A stretch of DNA of 64,000 bases from Schmidtea polychroa (Eukaryota), in NCBI GenBank assembly GCA_044892525.1, contig CM097885.1, positions 930,001 to 994,000 of the forward strand. The letters are read 5' to 3'. The notes below the pieces were generated by a model. It saw only the letters and a program-made list of their open reading frames with translations. It ran no database searches and was not told where the DNA came from. The position numbers were made by a program, and so were the translations under genes. Numbering within the stretch: the stretch's first letter is position 1; the number at the start of each line of letters is the position of its first letter. Positions 37,604-51,672 of this stretch are shown here, piece by piece.

Positions 37604-40600
37604 TTATACATCGTTCCTAAGTTTTAAATGGAACTGTAATTAATTTACCACTATTAAATAAAGGAAACAATTTCCATTACGTTGCTATAAGTAATTTAAA
37701 TAGGTTACTGAATTGTGGTATCAACACTAGTTGTCCTACACGCATACGTTCATAATGGTGCCATCGGTGTTTGAATGGGTTTAGGTATAAACACGCACTG
37801 GAAAAACATGAAATATTATGTAAACGTAATCAATTAGGAACAACTCTTTACACTTTCACTCAAAATAAATTATTGCAGTTTACTGACTGGTCGAAAACAG
37901 TAACTCCTCCTTTTGTAGTTGATGCCGATTTTGAGGCTATTTTACCTTCTGATAATGTTTATTTCCAATGACACATGACAATATCTGCTGGTCTTTTACT
38001 TGTAAATAACTTTGACGGATCTAAATCTTATCAACAGTTCATAGGTTTAGATTGCGTCGAGAGTTTTTTAAGTGCTATAGAGGATATAGCATTAAATAAG
38101 TTTCTTCCTTTTTATTATAAAATGGGTAGGAAACCTATGATTAAATTAACGAAAATTGAACAACGTCAATTTGTTAGTGCATCTGTTTTTTATCTTTGTA
38201 TGAAATCTATCGTTGATCCTGTTAGAGATCACGATCATTTTACGGGGAAATACTTGGGTGCAGCTTGTAGCACATGTAACAAAAATAAGAAAATAAATAA
38301 AATTTTGCCTATCGTATTTCACAACTTGAAGGGATACGATATGCATCATATACTTAAATACGGATTAAATAAATTTAAAAATTGGACTTTAGGTTGCATC
38401 CCAATAACGACTGAAAAATTTATTTCTTTGATTGCGCATTTAGGCAAAAGAATTGATTCTTATCAATTCATTGATTCTTATCAATTTGTTAATGATTCTT
38501 TAGCTAAAGCAGTCAAAACTTTGAATTCTTAGCCTTTTACTAATTCTGTTTTTTCTGGCACTATAGTTTCTGGAAAAGGAATCTTCCCTTATAATTTCGC
38601 TACATCTTTAGATATTCTCCAAACTACTTATGAATTACCACCAATCTGGGAGGGTGTTACTGAGCTTTAGTATGAAAAAGCTCAGGAGATTTGGGTAGAA
38701 ACTATTTGCCTAATTTTATTAGATTATATGATGATCTACTTAAAACTTGATTGTTTTCTTTTGGCTGATTTCTTTCATCAGTTTCGGTTGAAATCTATTG
38801 CTGACAATAGATTGGAACCATTGAATTATTTCGGAATTCCAGGTATGTCTTGGTCTTCTGCATTAATGTCTTTAAATGAACCAATTGAGCTCAATACTGA
38901 AAACGAAATGTTTAGCTTTTATGAGGGTGGAATAAGAGGCGGTATTACTTTTGTGAATTAGCATTACGTAAAAACCGATGAGAACACCGAGTTACTTTAT
39001 ATAGATATTAATAATCTTTATGGTTGGGCTTTAAGTCAATCATTACCTTGTGGTGAATTTAGTTGGGTTCTTGATGGATTTGATTTAATAATGGATGAAA
39101 GTAGGAATTTAAATCTTGATTCTTTGTCTTATGGATACACTCTTGAAGTTGATCTTGTAATTTCTTCTGAGCTAAATGAGAAGTTGGATGATTTCCCTGA
39201 AGCTGCTGAAATATTGGGCATGTAAGATTAAGTGAATTAAATATTGGAGAAAATGTTGGAGAAATTGTTGGAGAAAATGTTGGAGAAATTGTTGGAGATG
39301 AATTTGATGAAAATGTTGGAGAAGATTTTGGAGAAGATGATATCGATATCGATGACGTTATTTTGTCTGATGAGGACTAATTTTATTAAATAAAAGTTTA
39401 TATATATACATTTGTTATTTTTTTGGTAAATATTTATGTTTTTTATGTGTCTAGTTAATGTTTATATGTTTTGTTATGTGTCTAGTTATTTTTATGTGTT
39501 TAGTTAATTTTTTATGTGTTGTATAGTATTTGGTTGATATATTATTATTATTATTTTTATTATTATTTCATAAACATCTCCATTAAAAATTACCATTGAA
39601 AAATATTTCATTAAAATTTCTATTAAAAATTATTCATAAAAAGTTATTTCATAAAAACTTTCATTAAAAAATTTCAATTGTTAATAAATTTAAAAATCTT
39701 ACTTTAATTTACTTATTTAACTTTAATTTTTTACCATTGATTACTTAATTTTAAAATCTGGACCTTAATTAATTTTAATTTAATTTTTTAGAACCTTAAT
39801 TTAGTTATTTGTGCCGATGAGAACACCGAGTTACTTTATATAGATATTAATAATCTTTATGGTTGGGCTTTAAGTCAATCATTACTTTGTGGTGAATTTA
39901 GTTGGGTTCTTGATGGATTTGATTTAATAATGGATGAATGTAGGAATTTAAATCTTGATTCTTTGTCTTATGGATACACTCTTGAAGTTGATCTTGTAAT
40001 TCCTTCTGAGCTTCATGATAAGTTGGATGATTTCCCTGTAGCAGCTGAAAAAATGAAACCTGCTGGGTCTAAGGTTAAAAAATTATTATTAACTCATCTT
40101 CCAAAATCTAATTATGTGATTCATTGGAGATTATTAAAATTATATTTGGAACTTGGTGTTAAAGTAACACGTGTAAATAGGGGTGTAAGATTTAAGCAAT
40201 CTCCAATTTTTAAAAAATATATAGATACAAATACAGAATTAAGGTCAAAAAGCATAAATAATTTAGATAAAAATTATTATAAATTGTTAAATAACAGTTT
40301 ATACGGCAAAACAGTTGAAAATTTAAAGAGAAGAATGAATCTATGTCTTTGTACAACTGCCGGTAAATAAGTAACATATTCTTCAAAGCCGACTTTTAAA
40401 AAACTATTAAAATAGATGATAATTTAATTGCGGCATTAGTGAATTCAGATTCTATATGTTTAGATAGACCAAGTTACATTGGTCAATCTGTACTTGATCT
40501 ATCTAAACTTAGAATGTATGAATTACAATATATTATATTGAATATAAGGATCTAGAATCATTTCGCAATGAGTTTAATAATAAAATTAATATCGTTGCAG

Positions 40601-41419
40601 GTGATACAGATTCTTTTTTCCTCGAAGTCATTAACTGTAAACTTGAGGTTCTTTTACCTGCAATGATTCGAGATAATTTATTAGATACTTCCAATTACAA
40701 TAGTTGTCATTCCTTATATAGTAAGAACTTTGATTCAGTCCTTGGAAAGTTCAAAGACGAGAATAAAGGTCTTAAATATAAGGAATGGGTTTTTCTTAGA
40801 CCTAAATGTTATAGCTTGTTGGGTGATGAGGAAACAAAAAAGGCTAAAGGTGTAACATTGAAAGGTAGTGACATAAAACATCAGTCATACCTGGATTGTT
40901 ATAACACTAACCAGATTTTTTCGGTTCCTCAGACTAAAATAACAAGCAAAAATCATCAAATTTTTACAATTAAAAATACTAAAATAGCACTAACTAACAA
41001 AGATGACAAAAGGGTTTGGGTGGGAAAAAATACTAGTCTTGCATATAGGCATGTAAGATTAAGTGAATTAAATATTAGAGAAAATGTTGGAGAAATTGTT
41101 GGAGAAAATGTTGGAGAAATTGTTGGAGATGAATTTGATGAAAATGTTGGAAAAGATGAGGAAGAATTTATTGAAGATGTTGGAGAAGATTTTGGAGAAG
41201 ATGATATCGATATCGATGACGTTATTTTGTCTGATGAGGACTAATTTTATTAAATAAAAGTTTATATATATACATTTGTTATTTTTTTGGTAAATATTTA
41301 TGTTTTTTATGTGTCTAGTTAATGTTTATATGTTTTGTTATGTGTCTAGTTATTTTTATGTGTTGTATAGTATTTGGTTGATATATTATTATTATTATTT
41401 TTATTATTATTTCATAAAC

Positions 41420-42339
41420 ATTTCCATTAAAAATTAACATTGAAAAATATTTCATTAAAATTTCTATTAAAAATTATTCATAAAAGGTTATTTCATAAAA
41501 ACTTTCATTAAAAAATTTCAATTGTTAATAAATTTAAAAATCTTACTTTAATTTACTTATTTAACTTTAATTTTTTACCATTGATTACTTAATTTTAAAA
41601 TTTGGACCTTAATTAACTTTAATTTAATTTTTTAGAACCTTAATTTAGTTATTTGTGCCCATTCATTACTTTAATTTAAAATTTTGGACCTTGATTTACT
41701 TTATTTTAATTTTTTAGAACCATTATTTACTTTAATTTAAAAATTTGAACCTTACTTTACTTAGTTGAGCCCTTAATTAACTTTAATTTTAAATTTTGAA
41801 CCATTATTTACTTTAATTTAAAAATTTGAACCTTAATTTAGTTATTTGAGCCTATTCATTACTTTAATTCAAAAATCTTAGCCCATAATTTACTTTAATT
41901 CAAAAAAATCTGAACCTTGATTTACTTAAATTTAATTTTTTAGACCCATCATTTACTTTATTTTTAAATTTTAGACCCATAATTTGCTTTATTTTAAAAA
42001 TATACTATGCGTTTTTAATGTAAACCACCTTTTCTATTGAAATTCTCATGACCAAGGAGACCCCCTCACTGTAGTCTGAAAAATCCATGCTTTTTTATTG
42101 AAGACTACCTTTTTCTATTGAAATTCTCAGGACCAAGGAGACCCACCCAAATAATATTTATACTTGGCTTGTTTATTGAAAAAAAAATTTTTTGTATTTA
42201 AAATCCCAGAAAAAATACATTGGAGCGTACGGCAACAATTATGTATTCAAAAAATGTCTACGGCAAAAATTATGCAATCAAAAGTTTGCAACATTTTTAC
42301 CCCCCCCCCCTATTTCTCCCGCGGGCCCCTAACTACCTA
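41420..42339 (+). repeat. Probable right TIR of the subfamily-1 pPolB element (~30-bp subrepeats, GC-rich end)
   Basis: Subrepeat array ends in GCGGGCCCCTAACTACCTA (42321-42339), whose reverse complement matches TAGGTGGTTAGGAGCCCGC (52280-52298) at 17/19. Confidence 0.6.
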
Positions 42340-43150
42340 TTCGCGCATCAGAAAAGATGCAATCCAGCAGAGTATTGTTTTCAAGACAACCATCTACTGG
42401 TTTCAATCCCTTCTGTGCATTCGAATCCCAACGGCAACTACTTACTTTTGCCACACAGATCTTATTAAGTGTCCTAGTTAACACTGAGTTAACGGAAAAA
42501 AAATAAAAATCACCTGAATTTTTAGGGGTTTCTACTTTTAGGATTAATGAGGTTCGTGCTGTCTTTTAAGGTCATGAAATATGTCTGGAAATGGGCGTGG
42601 GGCTTGTGGGTTCTCCATCGCCTGCTCCAGGCCCATCTCCTTCATCCTGTCTTCTAACTCTTTAAAAACTGCTTTATATTTTTTTATTATCTAGGTGCTT
42701 GCGAATAGATTCCTTTGAAAGTTCCAACATCCAAGGTGAAGTATTTCTAGAAGGTGAGAGGAAGACTGTAACGATTTTTAAGGTGAAGTGGAGCCATGAA
42801 GAGCTCTTCTTCATTACTTTAGTAATAAGCAAGATTTTTTGTATAGTTTCCTCAAGATAGTCTCAATACGTAAGGTGCGATGGGCTTTAGATATATGGAC
42901 TCCACGTCCCCTCAGCGTTAAGAAAGGTAAAAAGCAATATTCACAGACAAACTACTGTTCCACATCCCTCTCCAGTTTTGTAGTGTTGTTATTTCCTGTC
43001 ATTTCATATTTATTTTGTTCGTGGAAGTTCATTCGTGTTGGATATCCTCCAACATGATACCCAACTGGCCAACAAGTAAAAATAGTAAAAGGGGACCTCA
43101 CGAATGAAGTGGTGTGGGGAATAAAGAACAAAATGCGACGAGGGCTAATA
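42340..43150 (-). pseudogene. Diverged, deleted R2 5' fragment
   Basis: Matches 21007-21230 and 21845-22460, including VCEYCFLPFLTLRGRGVHISKAH. Confidence 0.88.
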
Positions 43151-43479
43151 TATCAATAGTAAACTTTAGTAGTCAAATAAAAAAAATTTAAATTTAAACT
43201 TTTAGTTCATAAAACTTCATATCTTAAAAAAAAACAAAAACAAAAAATATTTTTTAAAACTTTAAAAATTAAAACTGTACTGTCATTCTTGTCATCGCGG
43301 GATTGATGACATTTTATAAGCATATAATAATAATAGTAATGATAATAATAATAATAATAATTATAATAATATTAGTAATAATAATAATAATATTAGTAAT
43401 AATAGTATTAATAATATTTCAACTAAATACTAGGCAACACACAAAATTTAACTAGAACAAAAGTAAAGATAAAAAATTT

Positions 43480-45210
43480 ATTCAATAATATTCTTCATGA
43501 TCTGTTAATATGACCTCTTCTATAATCATCGGTTTCTACATCAATTTCTATTTGTTCATTTTCTCCATCGGTTTCTCCATAATTAACCTTATATAATCTT
43601 ACATGTCCATATGCAAAACTAGTATTTTTCCCCACCAAAACCGTTTTATCATCTGCATTTGTAAGAGCTATTTTTTTATTTTTTATTGTATATATTTGAT
43701 GATTTTTTGATGTTATCCTTAATTGTGGTATTGAAAAAATTTGTTTTGTATTGTAAAAATGTAGATATCACTGATGTTTTAAGTCATTACCTTTCAATGT
43801 TACTCCTTTTGCTTTTTAATTTCATCTTCACCTAACAAACTATAATATTATGGCATAAGAAAACCACATTCTTTATATTTAAGACCTTTATTCATATCTT
43901 TGAATTTTCAAATGACAGAATCAAGGTTCTTACTGTATAAGGGATGATTTGGGTTATAATTTCAAGTGTCTGGAAGGTTATCCCTAATCATCATACATTA
44001 TTTAATAGTAAATTGTTCCTATAATAATCAAAACTATTCATAAAATTGTTGTTACTAAATCTTATTCAAATTTTACTTATAGGTTTCCTACCCATTTTTA
44101 ATAATAAATGTAAGGTTAAATCCTCTACAGCACCTAACAGTATTACAAAATTACAAACTAAAATTTAATAAAACTTTTTAATAAATTTAATAAATTAAAA
44201 CTTTGATTAGCATGCATCCAATCAAAATTTAATAAATGAAAGTATTTAATTATCTAAATTTAAAAAATGTCTAATAAAAATAGCACTAATATAAATAGAA
44301 AATAGTACATCTGTTATTGGAATGACATGTAAACCTCCTGTTCATTACCTTCAATATAATATGTAATATTCGAAATATGCTATTGCTTATTCTTTTAAGG
44401 TATTTATTTTTAATTATCTCTATTGATTTTTGGTTGGAACAAGTTAATTTAAAAGCCTAATCAAAAGTCTATCAATATTGCAATGTTCAACAATGTCCTT
44501 GAATAAATTTACTGTATAAGGAATGATTTGGGTCATAATTTGAAGTGTCTAGTAGGTTATCTCTAATCATCACAGGTGAAAGAATATCAAGAGAAAAAAT
44601 TTTAATTTCCAAGATTAATTGATATCAATGTCCCCCAGCAACGATATTAATTATATTACAATATATTTTTGTAACTCTTCATGATGCAGCTGATATATTC
44701 TAAGTATCGATAGATCAAGTGCAGATTGTCCAATGTAACTTGGTCTATTTAAACATATAGAATCAGGATTTAACAATGCTGCTATTAAATTATCATCGAT
44801 TTTTATTGATTTTTAAATGTAGGTTTTGATGTACACGAGACTATAAAACTTCTTCCGCTTAACCTACTTATTTAATTATTTCAGTGATAGTGAAATGAAT
44901 TTCTGTTATTTTATTAATTAACAAGCTACTTCCTTGTGATTTTTTAATACTTGTGATTTATACTTGTTATTTGTGAAATTCTTTTTTAGATTTTTTCATT
45001 TTTTCATTTTATTCCCTAATTTCTTCATCGAAAAATGTATCAGTTAAAGGTTTTGCATTATTATACGTAACCTTATTCGTTAATGATATATTAATTTATC
45101 TATTAGTGATTCAGGAAATATTATTTCTTTAATATTTAAGTCACTAGTGTTAATACTTAATATTTGGTGGTAACTCTTAAATCACTTAGAACAATTGGTA
45201 AATTTTCTCA
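43480..45210 (-). pseudogene. pPolB subfamily-3 fragments, degenerate
   Basis: Minus strand encodes NRPSYIGQSALDLSILRIY, NIVAGD, KGVTLKG, ADDKT, FAYGHVR and N-terminal LSINTSDLNIKEIIFP. Interleaved with a duplicated AT-rich block (44000-44460 / 45225-45600). Confidence 0.8.
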
Positions 45211-47118
45211 TATTTGTATATTATTTAATAGTAAATTGTTCCTATAATAATCAAAGTTATTCATCAAATTGTTGTTGCTCAATATTAGTCAAATTTTTAA
45301 AATTTTATAAAAAATTACAATCTAAAATTTAATAAAAACTTTTAGTAAATTTATTAAATTAAAACTTTAATTAGCATGCATCCAATCAAAATGAAAATAT
45401 TTAATTATCTAAATTTAAAAAATGTCTAATATAAATAGAAAATAGTATATCTGTTATTGGTATGACATGTTAACCTCCTGTTCATTACCTTCAATATAAT
45501 ATGTAATATTTGAAATATCCTATTACTTATTATTTTAAGGTATTTATATTTCATTATCTATATTATTGATTTTTGGTAGGAACAAGTTAATTTAAAAGTC
45601 TATCAATTCAGTATTCAAATTGATATTATTTGGGATGAAAATAGAAAATATCTTGGAGAAATTCTTCGATTAATTAATAAAGACAAGTATTTTAACTAAA
45701 AACTTTCATTTATCAACTGCGAAAAAGATTGTAAAATTAAGATAGTTGAAGGTAAAAAATCTAAAATTCAAGGACTCAAGATAAATGGAGTTATAATTAA
45801 ACCAATTTGGAAAATTAAAAAATGTCTATGAATAAATTTATGAATAAAATTTGAGTTTTTTATTGTTATTTAAAATATATTTTAAAGAAATCTATAATTT
45901 GGTTTATAAAATTATTAGTTGTCTGTAAAGTTAATATTTGACTATAAAATTAAGATTTTTAATTTATCTATAAAAGTTTAATGTGGACAATATATAATTA
46001 AAATACTCTAAAATTATCATAATAATTAATAAAATGGAATAAAAAAAGTTTTGCATAGGATATGCTCTTATAAAAAATTTTATCAATTCAAAAATATATG
46101 TAGCATAAGATAAATCATTTAAAAAAATTTAAATAAATTATAATATATAAAAAAATCCAATTAAAATATTTATAATTCAAAAATATATAGCATAAAATAA
46201 ATCATTTAAAAAAAATGAATTAAAATTCAAAAAAATATATACATTTGTTTTCATCTTTTTCTTTCTTGTTTTTCTTGTGTTCATTTTTTTCATGAAAATT
46301 TTCTGTCAAAGTTTCATGAATATTTTAAGCTATATTTATCTAAAAAAAATTTTAAATTTAATTCTTTAACAAAAAGATTATATATTTACCATCGTTATGA
46401 AAGAGCTTTATTTCGCCAAAAATCCAGAACATATGAAAAATTAATGAATAAACAACAATAAAATACAAGGTACATGATATAAATCTTTATTTATAGTAAA
46501 CGACAACGTCTAACTAAATGATCATAAGCAGATAAGCACGGAATACAGTTAAAGTAGTCGAATTCGTGGATTCGATAATGGTTCGAATTGAATTCGAACA
46601 TTACGCCTAGCATGGGTAGTCAACTACCAGCACATTCGAAACGTATAATTTCAAAATACATGCGTCATTGGCACTATAACCAAATTAATTAATGTTTTCA
46701 CTAACACAAATATATATTTACAGAGGCCTCCCACTAGTTGGATTACAACCGCCCATCACGACGATCAGCTTCTAAATATATATTAATTAAGGGATAAAGA
46801 GCACCCACCCAACCCTATTATATTTAATTTACAAAGGGTTTCTCGCTCTTCTGCTGGTAATCTATCTCAAAATTATTATCTCCATCGGGGCATTTGATAT
46901 TGATTTCATGGAATACATCTTGCAAATTGGACGTATTTCATAGTTTCTGATGCTGCGTCAACTTTCATTGCTAACATTTGTATTGCTTTAAAAGCAATTA
47001 ATTTACATTATCTAACATTTTATCGTCACAGGCTTGATAAATTAGGCAACTGTTATTTGTGGTATACTTTATCAATATAATTTCTTATCAATTCCCACCA
47101 TAAAACACAGATACCTAA

Positions 47119-47123
<5 letters not shown>

Positions 47124-47192
<69 letters not shown>
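47124..47192. repeat. (TA)n microsatellite
   Basis: Directly visible. Confidence 0.97.
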
Positions 47193-47197
<5 letters not shown>

Positions 47198-48344
47198 GAA
47201 TTAATTCATGTCTTACATTAATAATAATATTCTTCAGGAATGACGAGTACTTTACTTAATTGCTAAAACGTCGATTTTTCCCATTTTTCTTGACCTTTGT
47301 TGAAAGAAAGTTTACATAATTTAAGTCTGATAAGTAAACATTCATGTTGAAGGACACCCACAATCAGCTAATTTATTTAAAAAATCCAGAACATAACTCC
47401 TTTAGTGTTTCACTATTTTTTTCTGGTTCATCTTCTTCATAATCATATAAATCATTTTCTTCATTACTAAGTAAAATAATTAAAATATTGTAGTAAATTC
47501 TTTATTTACTTACTTTATGGATACTAAAACGAAAGAAATAAAGTTATATCAAAAGTATATTTAAATAATTTAAATTTAAATAATTTAAATTTAGTTATTT
47601 AAATATATTTAAACAATTTAGTTATTTAAGCATATTTAAACATTAATATTATTATATAGTATAATTTTATATAATTTTATATATTCTAAATTTAATAAAT
47701 AAAATTAATTAATTATAATTAATTAATAATTTAATAATAAAAAATTTATAATGAAGATTCTTTGAATTAAAAAATATTCTGTTAGTATTTCCAGTCAGAA
47801 AAAAACGAATTCAATAATTAAAATCTTAATTTTCAAGTTATATATTTAGGGTTGTGGCCAGAGGTTAATCGCCATCTAATCATTTGTTTTCAATTTCGCT
47901 CATTTTTGTTCAAAACATTCAGGTGAGTTGTTATCTGAAAAGTTTCTTTGAGCTCAGTTTTGTTAAAACACTCACGGTATTTTTGAGGGACGTGACACTG
48001 GAAATAAATTAACAATGAGTGGTCATCCATACATGTTGTTGGTCTGAGCTATCGATTTATTTTAGAAATAGGTATATTAAAAACATTTAAGGTATCATTC
48101 AGTAAAATAATATAGTATTTTTTAGTTAATTTATAAATAACAGTATTTTGATATATTAATAAAGACCATATACTCCAAGTTTATCCGACAAAATATTCTG
48201 TCCCCCTATGGGTATTGCTAGCAAGGGTACTGGTCACATTCAACATGTCGCAAGAGTATATTAATCAGTTAGAAATTCTTAGGTAATTTAGTGAGATGAT
48301 CACAAATTCGTGAATATTTTAAATGTAACTTTACACTTATGTCA

Positions 48345-48898
48345 AGCGACTAATTTATTGGTTAACTTTGTAGTCATTTAAAGCAAAACTTAATTTATTC
48401 ATCTAATGTTCGTTACAATAGTTAATAAAATGAGAAAAATATGGTCATTATTCATTGATAATTTTAAATTCTTTATCATTTGTAGTAAATTTGATTGAGG
48501 CAAAAATAATTAAAGGAGTCATAATAGAAATATGGTTAGAAATAGAAATAATTTTAGACCTTAATTTACTTAATTGAAATTTTAGACCTTAATTTACTTA
48601 AGTTTAAAAATATATACCATAATTTACTGTAATTGAAAAATTTGGACCATAATTTACTGTAATTTAATTTTTTAGAACCATAATTTACTGTAATTGAAAA
48701 ATTCGAGCGACTAATTTATTGGTTAACTTTGCAGTCATTTAAAGCAAAACTTAATTTATTCATCTAATGTTCGTTACAATAGTTAATAATATGAGAAAAA
48801 TATGGTCATTATTGATTGATAATTTTAAATTCTTTATCATTTGGAGTAAATTTGTTTGAGGCAAAAATAATTAAAGGAGTCATAATAGAAATATGGTT
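48345..48898. repeat. ~195-bp direct repeat flanking TIR-type subrepeats
   Basis: AGCGACTAATTTATTGG...AGAAATATGGTTA at ~48345-48538 and ~48705-48899. The middle is the reverse complement of ~52540-52710. Confidence 0.8.
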
Positions 48899-50624
48899 AT
48901 CATTTAACCAATTAAGGGGCTTATTAGTTAGAAATATATATATTATAAAGTAACAATTATTTTTGTGTTTAAGGTATTCCTTGGTAATATTTTTTTTAGA
49001 GTTGATGGTTTTTGTGAATTTTTATCATTTTCATGAATTTCATGTGGATAGAATGAATATTTAAAAATTTTAAGTTAGTTCTAAGATAAATTTAATTAAT
49101 TTCTTGATAATTGGATGCATTTTTATTGATTGGTTTTTTAATTTTAAATAAAAATTATTTTTATTGACAGTTAGGTTAATAATCACGTGATAGGATATGA
49201 CTTTGTAATAATATTTTTTTTCATATATTTTCTAAGAATTTCATGTAGATTTATTTAAAAATTTAAAGTTTTAATGACGATTTTATTTGAATTTCTTGAT
49301 AATTTGTTAAATTTTAAATAAAAATTAATTTTTTTTAATGACTGTTAGGTTAATAATTAAGTAATTGGTTTAATTTTAGATGACTTTGTAATGCATTTGA
49401 CTAAATAATTTTTTTCAATAATTTTCTAAGAATATTAACACATTGATGAACTTTTTTAAAAAAAACATAAGCTAAGAAACCAGTTAACCTTATAAAGAAC
49501 TTTAAATTTACTTGATAATTTACAGAAATAATATACAAAATTTAATTTACAGAAATAATTTACAAAATAATAATACAGAAATTTATGATTAAGTTTGATT
49601 TTATGAACAATCAATATATATCATCTCTAGTTAGGTATTTGATAGGTGTAATATTTGTAGAAAATAATAAGTTTATTATGTCTTTGTTACATAACTCGAC
49701 TTTAGCGTCAAAATGTGTTTTTAAAATAAATTTTAATTTTAAAATACCGCAATGTAATATATTAATTTTTTCTAACCTTCCTTGATTTTGATTGGTTAGA
49801 ATTTGTTACTATAAACAATAATAATCTATAAACAATAATAATCTATAAACAATAATCAATCATTAGTCAAATTTAACAAATAATTAACCTTTAAAAATGA
49901 ATTCTTTAATAGAAAACGTTATGAATGTTCGAGAAAAAATTAAGGAATTTGGTAAATTTTAATTTATTTAATAATTAATTTATTAATTAATTTAGATAAT
50001 ATTAATGAAGACAATTTAAAATCTTTATTTTTTCTTAAATTTTACATTTACATTATATTCTAAAAAGAGAGTTAATTATAACAATAATATTTCAATTTGT
50101 ATAAAATTTTAATTAGTAATTATTCAATTTGAATAAAATATTTATTAGAAATTATTTAATTTATTATAAAATAAAACGCTGTGTTAATTTTAAATAAACT
50201 GGATATTAATTTTTTGGAAAAAATAAATAAATAAAATAGTCTAAAAGGTTAAATTATGGTCTAAAATTTAAAATTTAAAAATTGAAAATTGAAAATTGAA
50301 AATTAAAAACTAAACTAATCAAACTAAATCAAACGCTATAACCTTAATTCAAGAATTCACTAAAGTAGATCAGAAGATATTAATTATCAAAATGTAACAA
50401 AGACTCTGAAATTCATCAATTTCATCTAATGACCTGGTGATATTCAATACCATTCTCAAGAATGCTAAAGTCGGGAATTCTTTGAATTTAACAATTTCAT
50501 CTAACTATCCGGCGATATTCGATCCGATTCTATAAAGTATTTATCTTTGTAGTTGAATAAAAGTTTATTGTTGATTATAGTTTATCATTAATTATTTTTT
50601 TGTTAGGGGTGTTAAAGAAAATAC

Positions 50625-51000
50625 TTGACTGATTCATTTTTCTCAGATAAAATTTGTTCTGTAATCGGGAAATTCAAGGATGAGAATAAAGGAAATCAAT
50701 ATAAAGAATGGGTGTTTCTTCGTCCCAAGTGCTCCTCACTCCAAGGCGATAAAACACTCTAAAAGCCAAAGGAATAAGACTTACAAATTCTAATATCACC
50801 CATGAAGCTTATAAAAAAAGTGTATACTGATGGTGGAACAGTGAGCATCCCATTAAAAAAGAATAGGAAGTGTCAATCATCAGTTGTATACTTTCATGAC
50901 AGAAAAACGAGCTCTCCAATGTTTGGACGATAAAAGGTATTGGTACAATTGTAATGAAAGCTATGCCTACGGTCACTATAAGATTCGTCACATGCATATT
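50625..51000 (+). pseudogene. pPolB subfamily-2 C-terminal fragment in the macrosatellite (also ~55017-55392, ~59642-60017)
   Basis: GKFKDENKG...FLRPKC...LDDKRYW...YAYGHYKI, same as 31493-31860. Confidence 0.88.
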
Positions 51001-51594
51001 GCAACTTCTATGTCTAGAAATGAATGCAAATCGAAACAAGCACTTTAACAATTAAATTTATGTGAATAATAAAATATATATTGTGAATTATTTGACTTCG
51101 TTAATTAAAATATGTTTTATCATTTAATAATTCATTTGTCCAATTAATTTAGATAATTAGTTTTAAGTAAGAATTATTATTTATCATGAAAAACTTTGCT
51201 TTGTTTTGAAAAATTAATGCCCATTTTATTTTAAATTAACACAGCTTTATTTTATGATTATTACTAATTAAAATTTTATTCAAATTGAAATATTATTGTT
51301 ACAATTTACACTCTTGTTAGAATATATTAAATGTAAATGTAAAATAATAACAATAAAAAAAAAATAATAATAATAATAAATAAATAAAAATTAAATTAAA
51401 AAAAAAATTAATTAAATAACGTAAGTAATTAAAATAAAATATTAATAAATAATTAATTAATTAAATGTAATAAATTGAAAATTAACTAAAGTAATTAATT
51501 AAAACAAAAAACATAATAAAATAATTAATTAATAAATTTAAAAAAAAAATTAAATAGTAGTAATTAAATAAATTTAAAAAAAAAATAAATAGAA

Positions 51595-51672
51595 ATGATT
51601 CTATTGACCTATATTTGACCTGGACATTGGGATGACCTTGAAAGTGTCCTGGAGTCCTCACTATATACTACT
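51595..51672 (+). mobile_element. Probable Polinton right terminus ...ACTACT-3' (also ending 56064, 60689; truncated copy ~32500-32567)
   Basis: TGACC-rich subterminal motif, then CACTATATACTACT ~0.7 kb after the pPolB end. AGTAGT/ACTACT ends are characteristic of Polintons. An inverted copy of the inner TIR lies at ~50025-50215. Confidence 0.65.

Larger units (their letters stand above)
33672..41244 (+). pseudogene. Near-complete intron-containing pPolB gene (Polinton/adintovirus-like, subfamily 1), disrupted
   Basis: Exons 33672-33726, 33771-33827, 33874-33936 and 34141 onward splice into the frame of ORF 34200. Motifs: GSSW, INIKNTDDSCFLYSI, DADFEA (exo I), VRDHDHFTGKYLGAACSTCN (endonuclease VII-like), FHNLKGYD, GIRGG, YIDINNLYG, LEVDL, KLLNNSLYGK, AGDTDS, LRPKCY, DDKR. 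Disrupted by stops, frameshifts, an hAT insertion and an internal duplication (39210-39812). Confidence 0.88.

Noticed and set aside
46475..46833. Possible solo LTR (TG...CA, GC-richer)
   Set aside because: No matching TSD, no second copy and no PBS/PPT in the window.
46240..48300. Possible host or element exons (46240-46400, 47850-48280)
   Set aside because: No consistent spliced open frame or recognisable domain could be built by eye.
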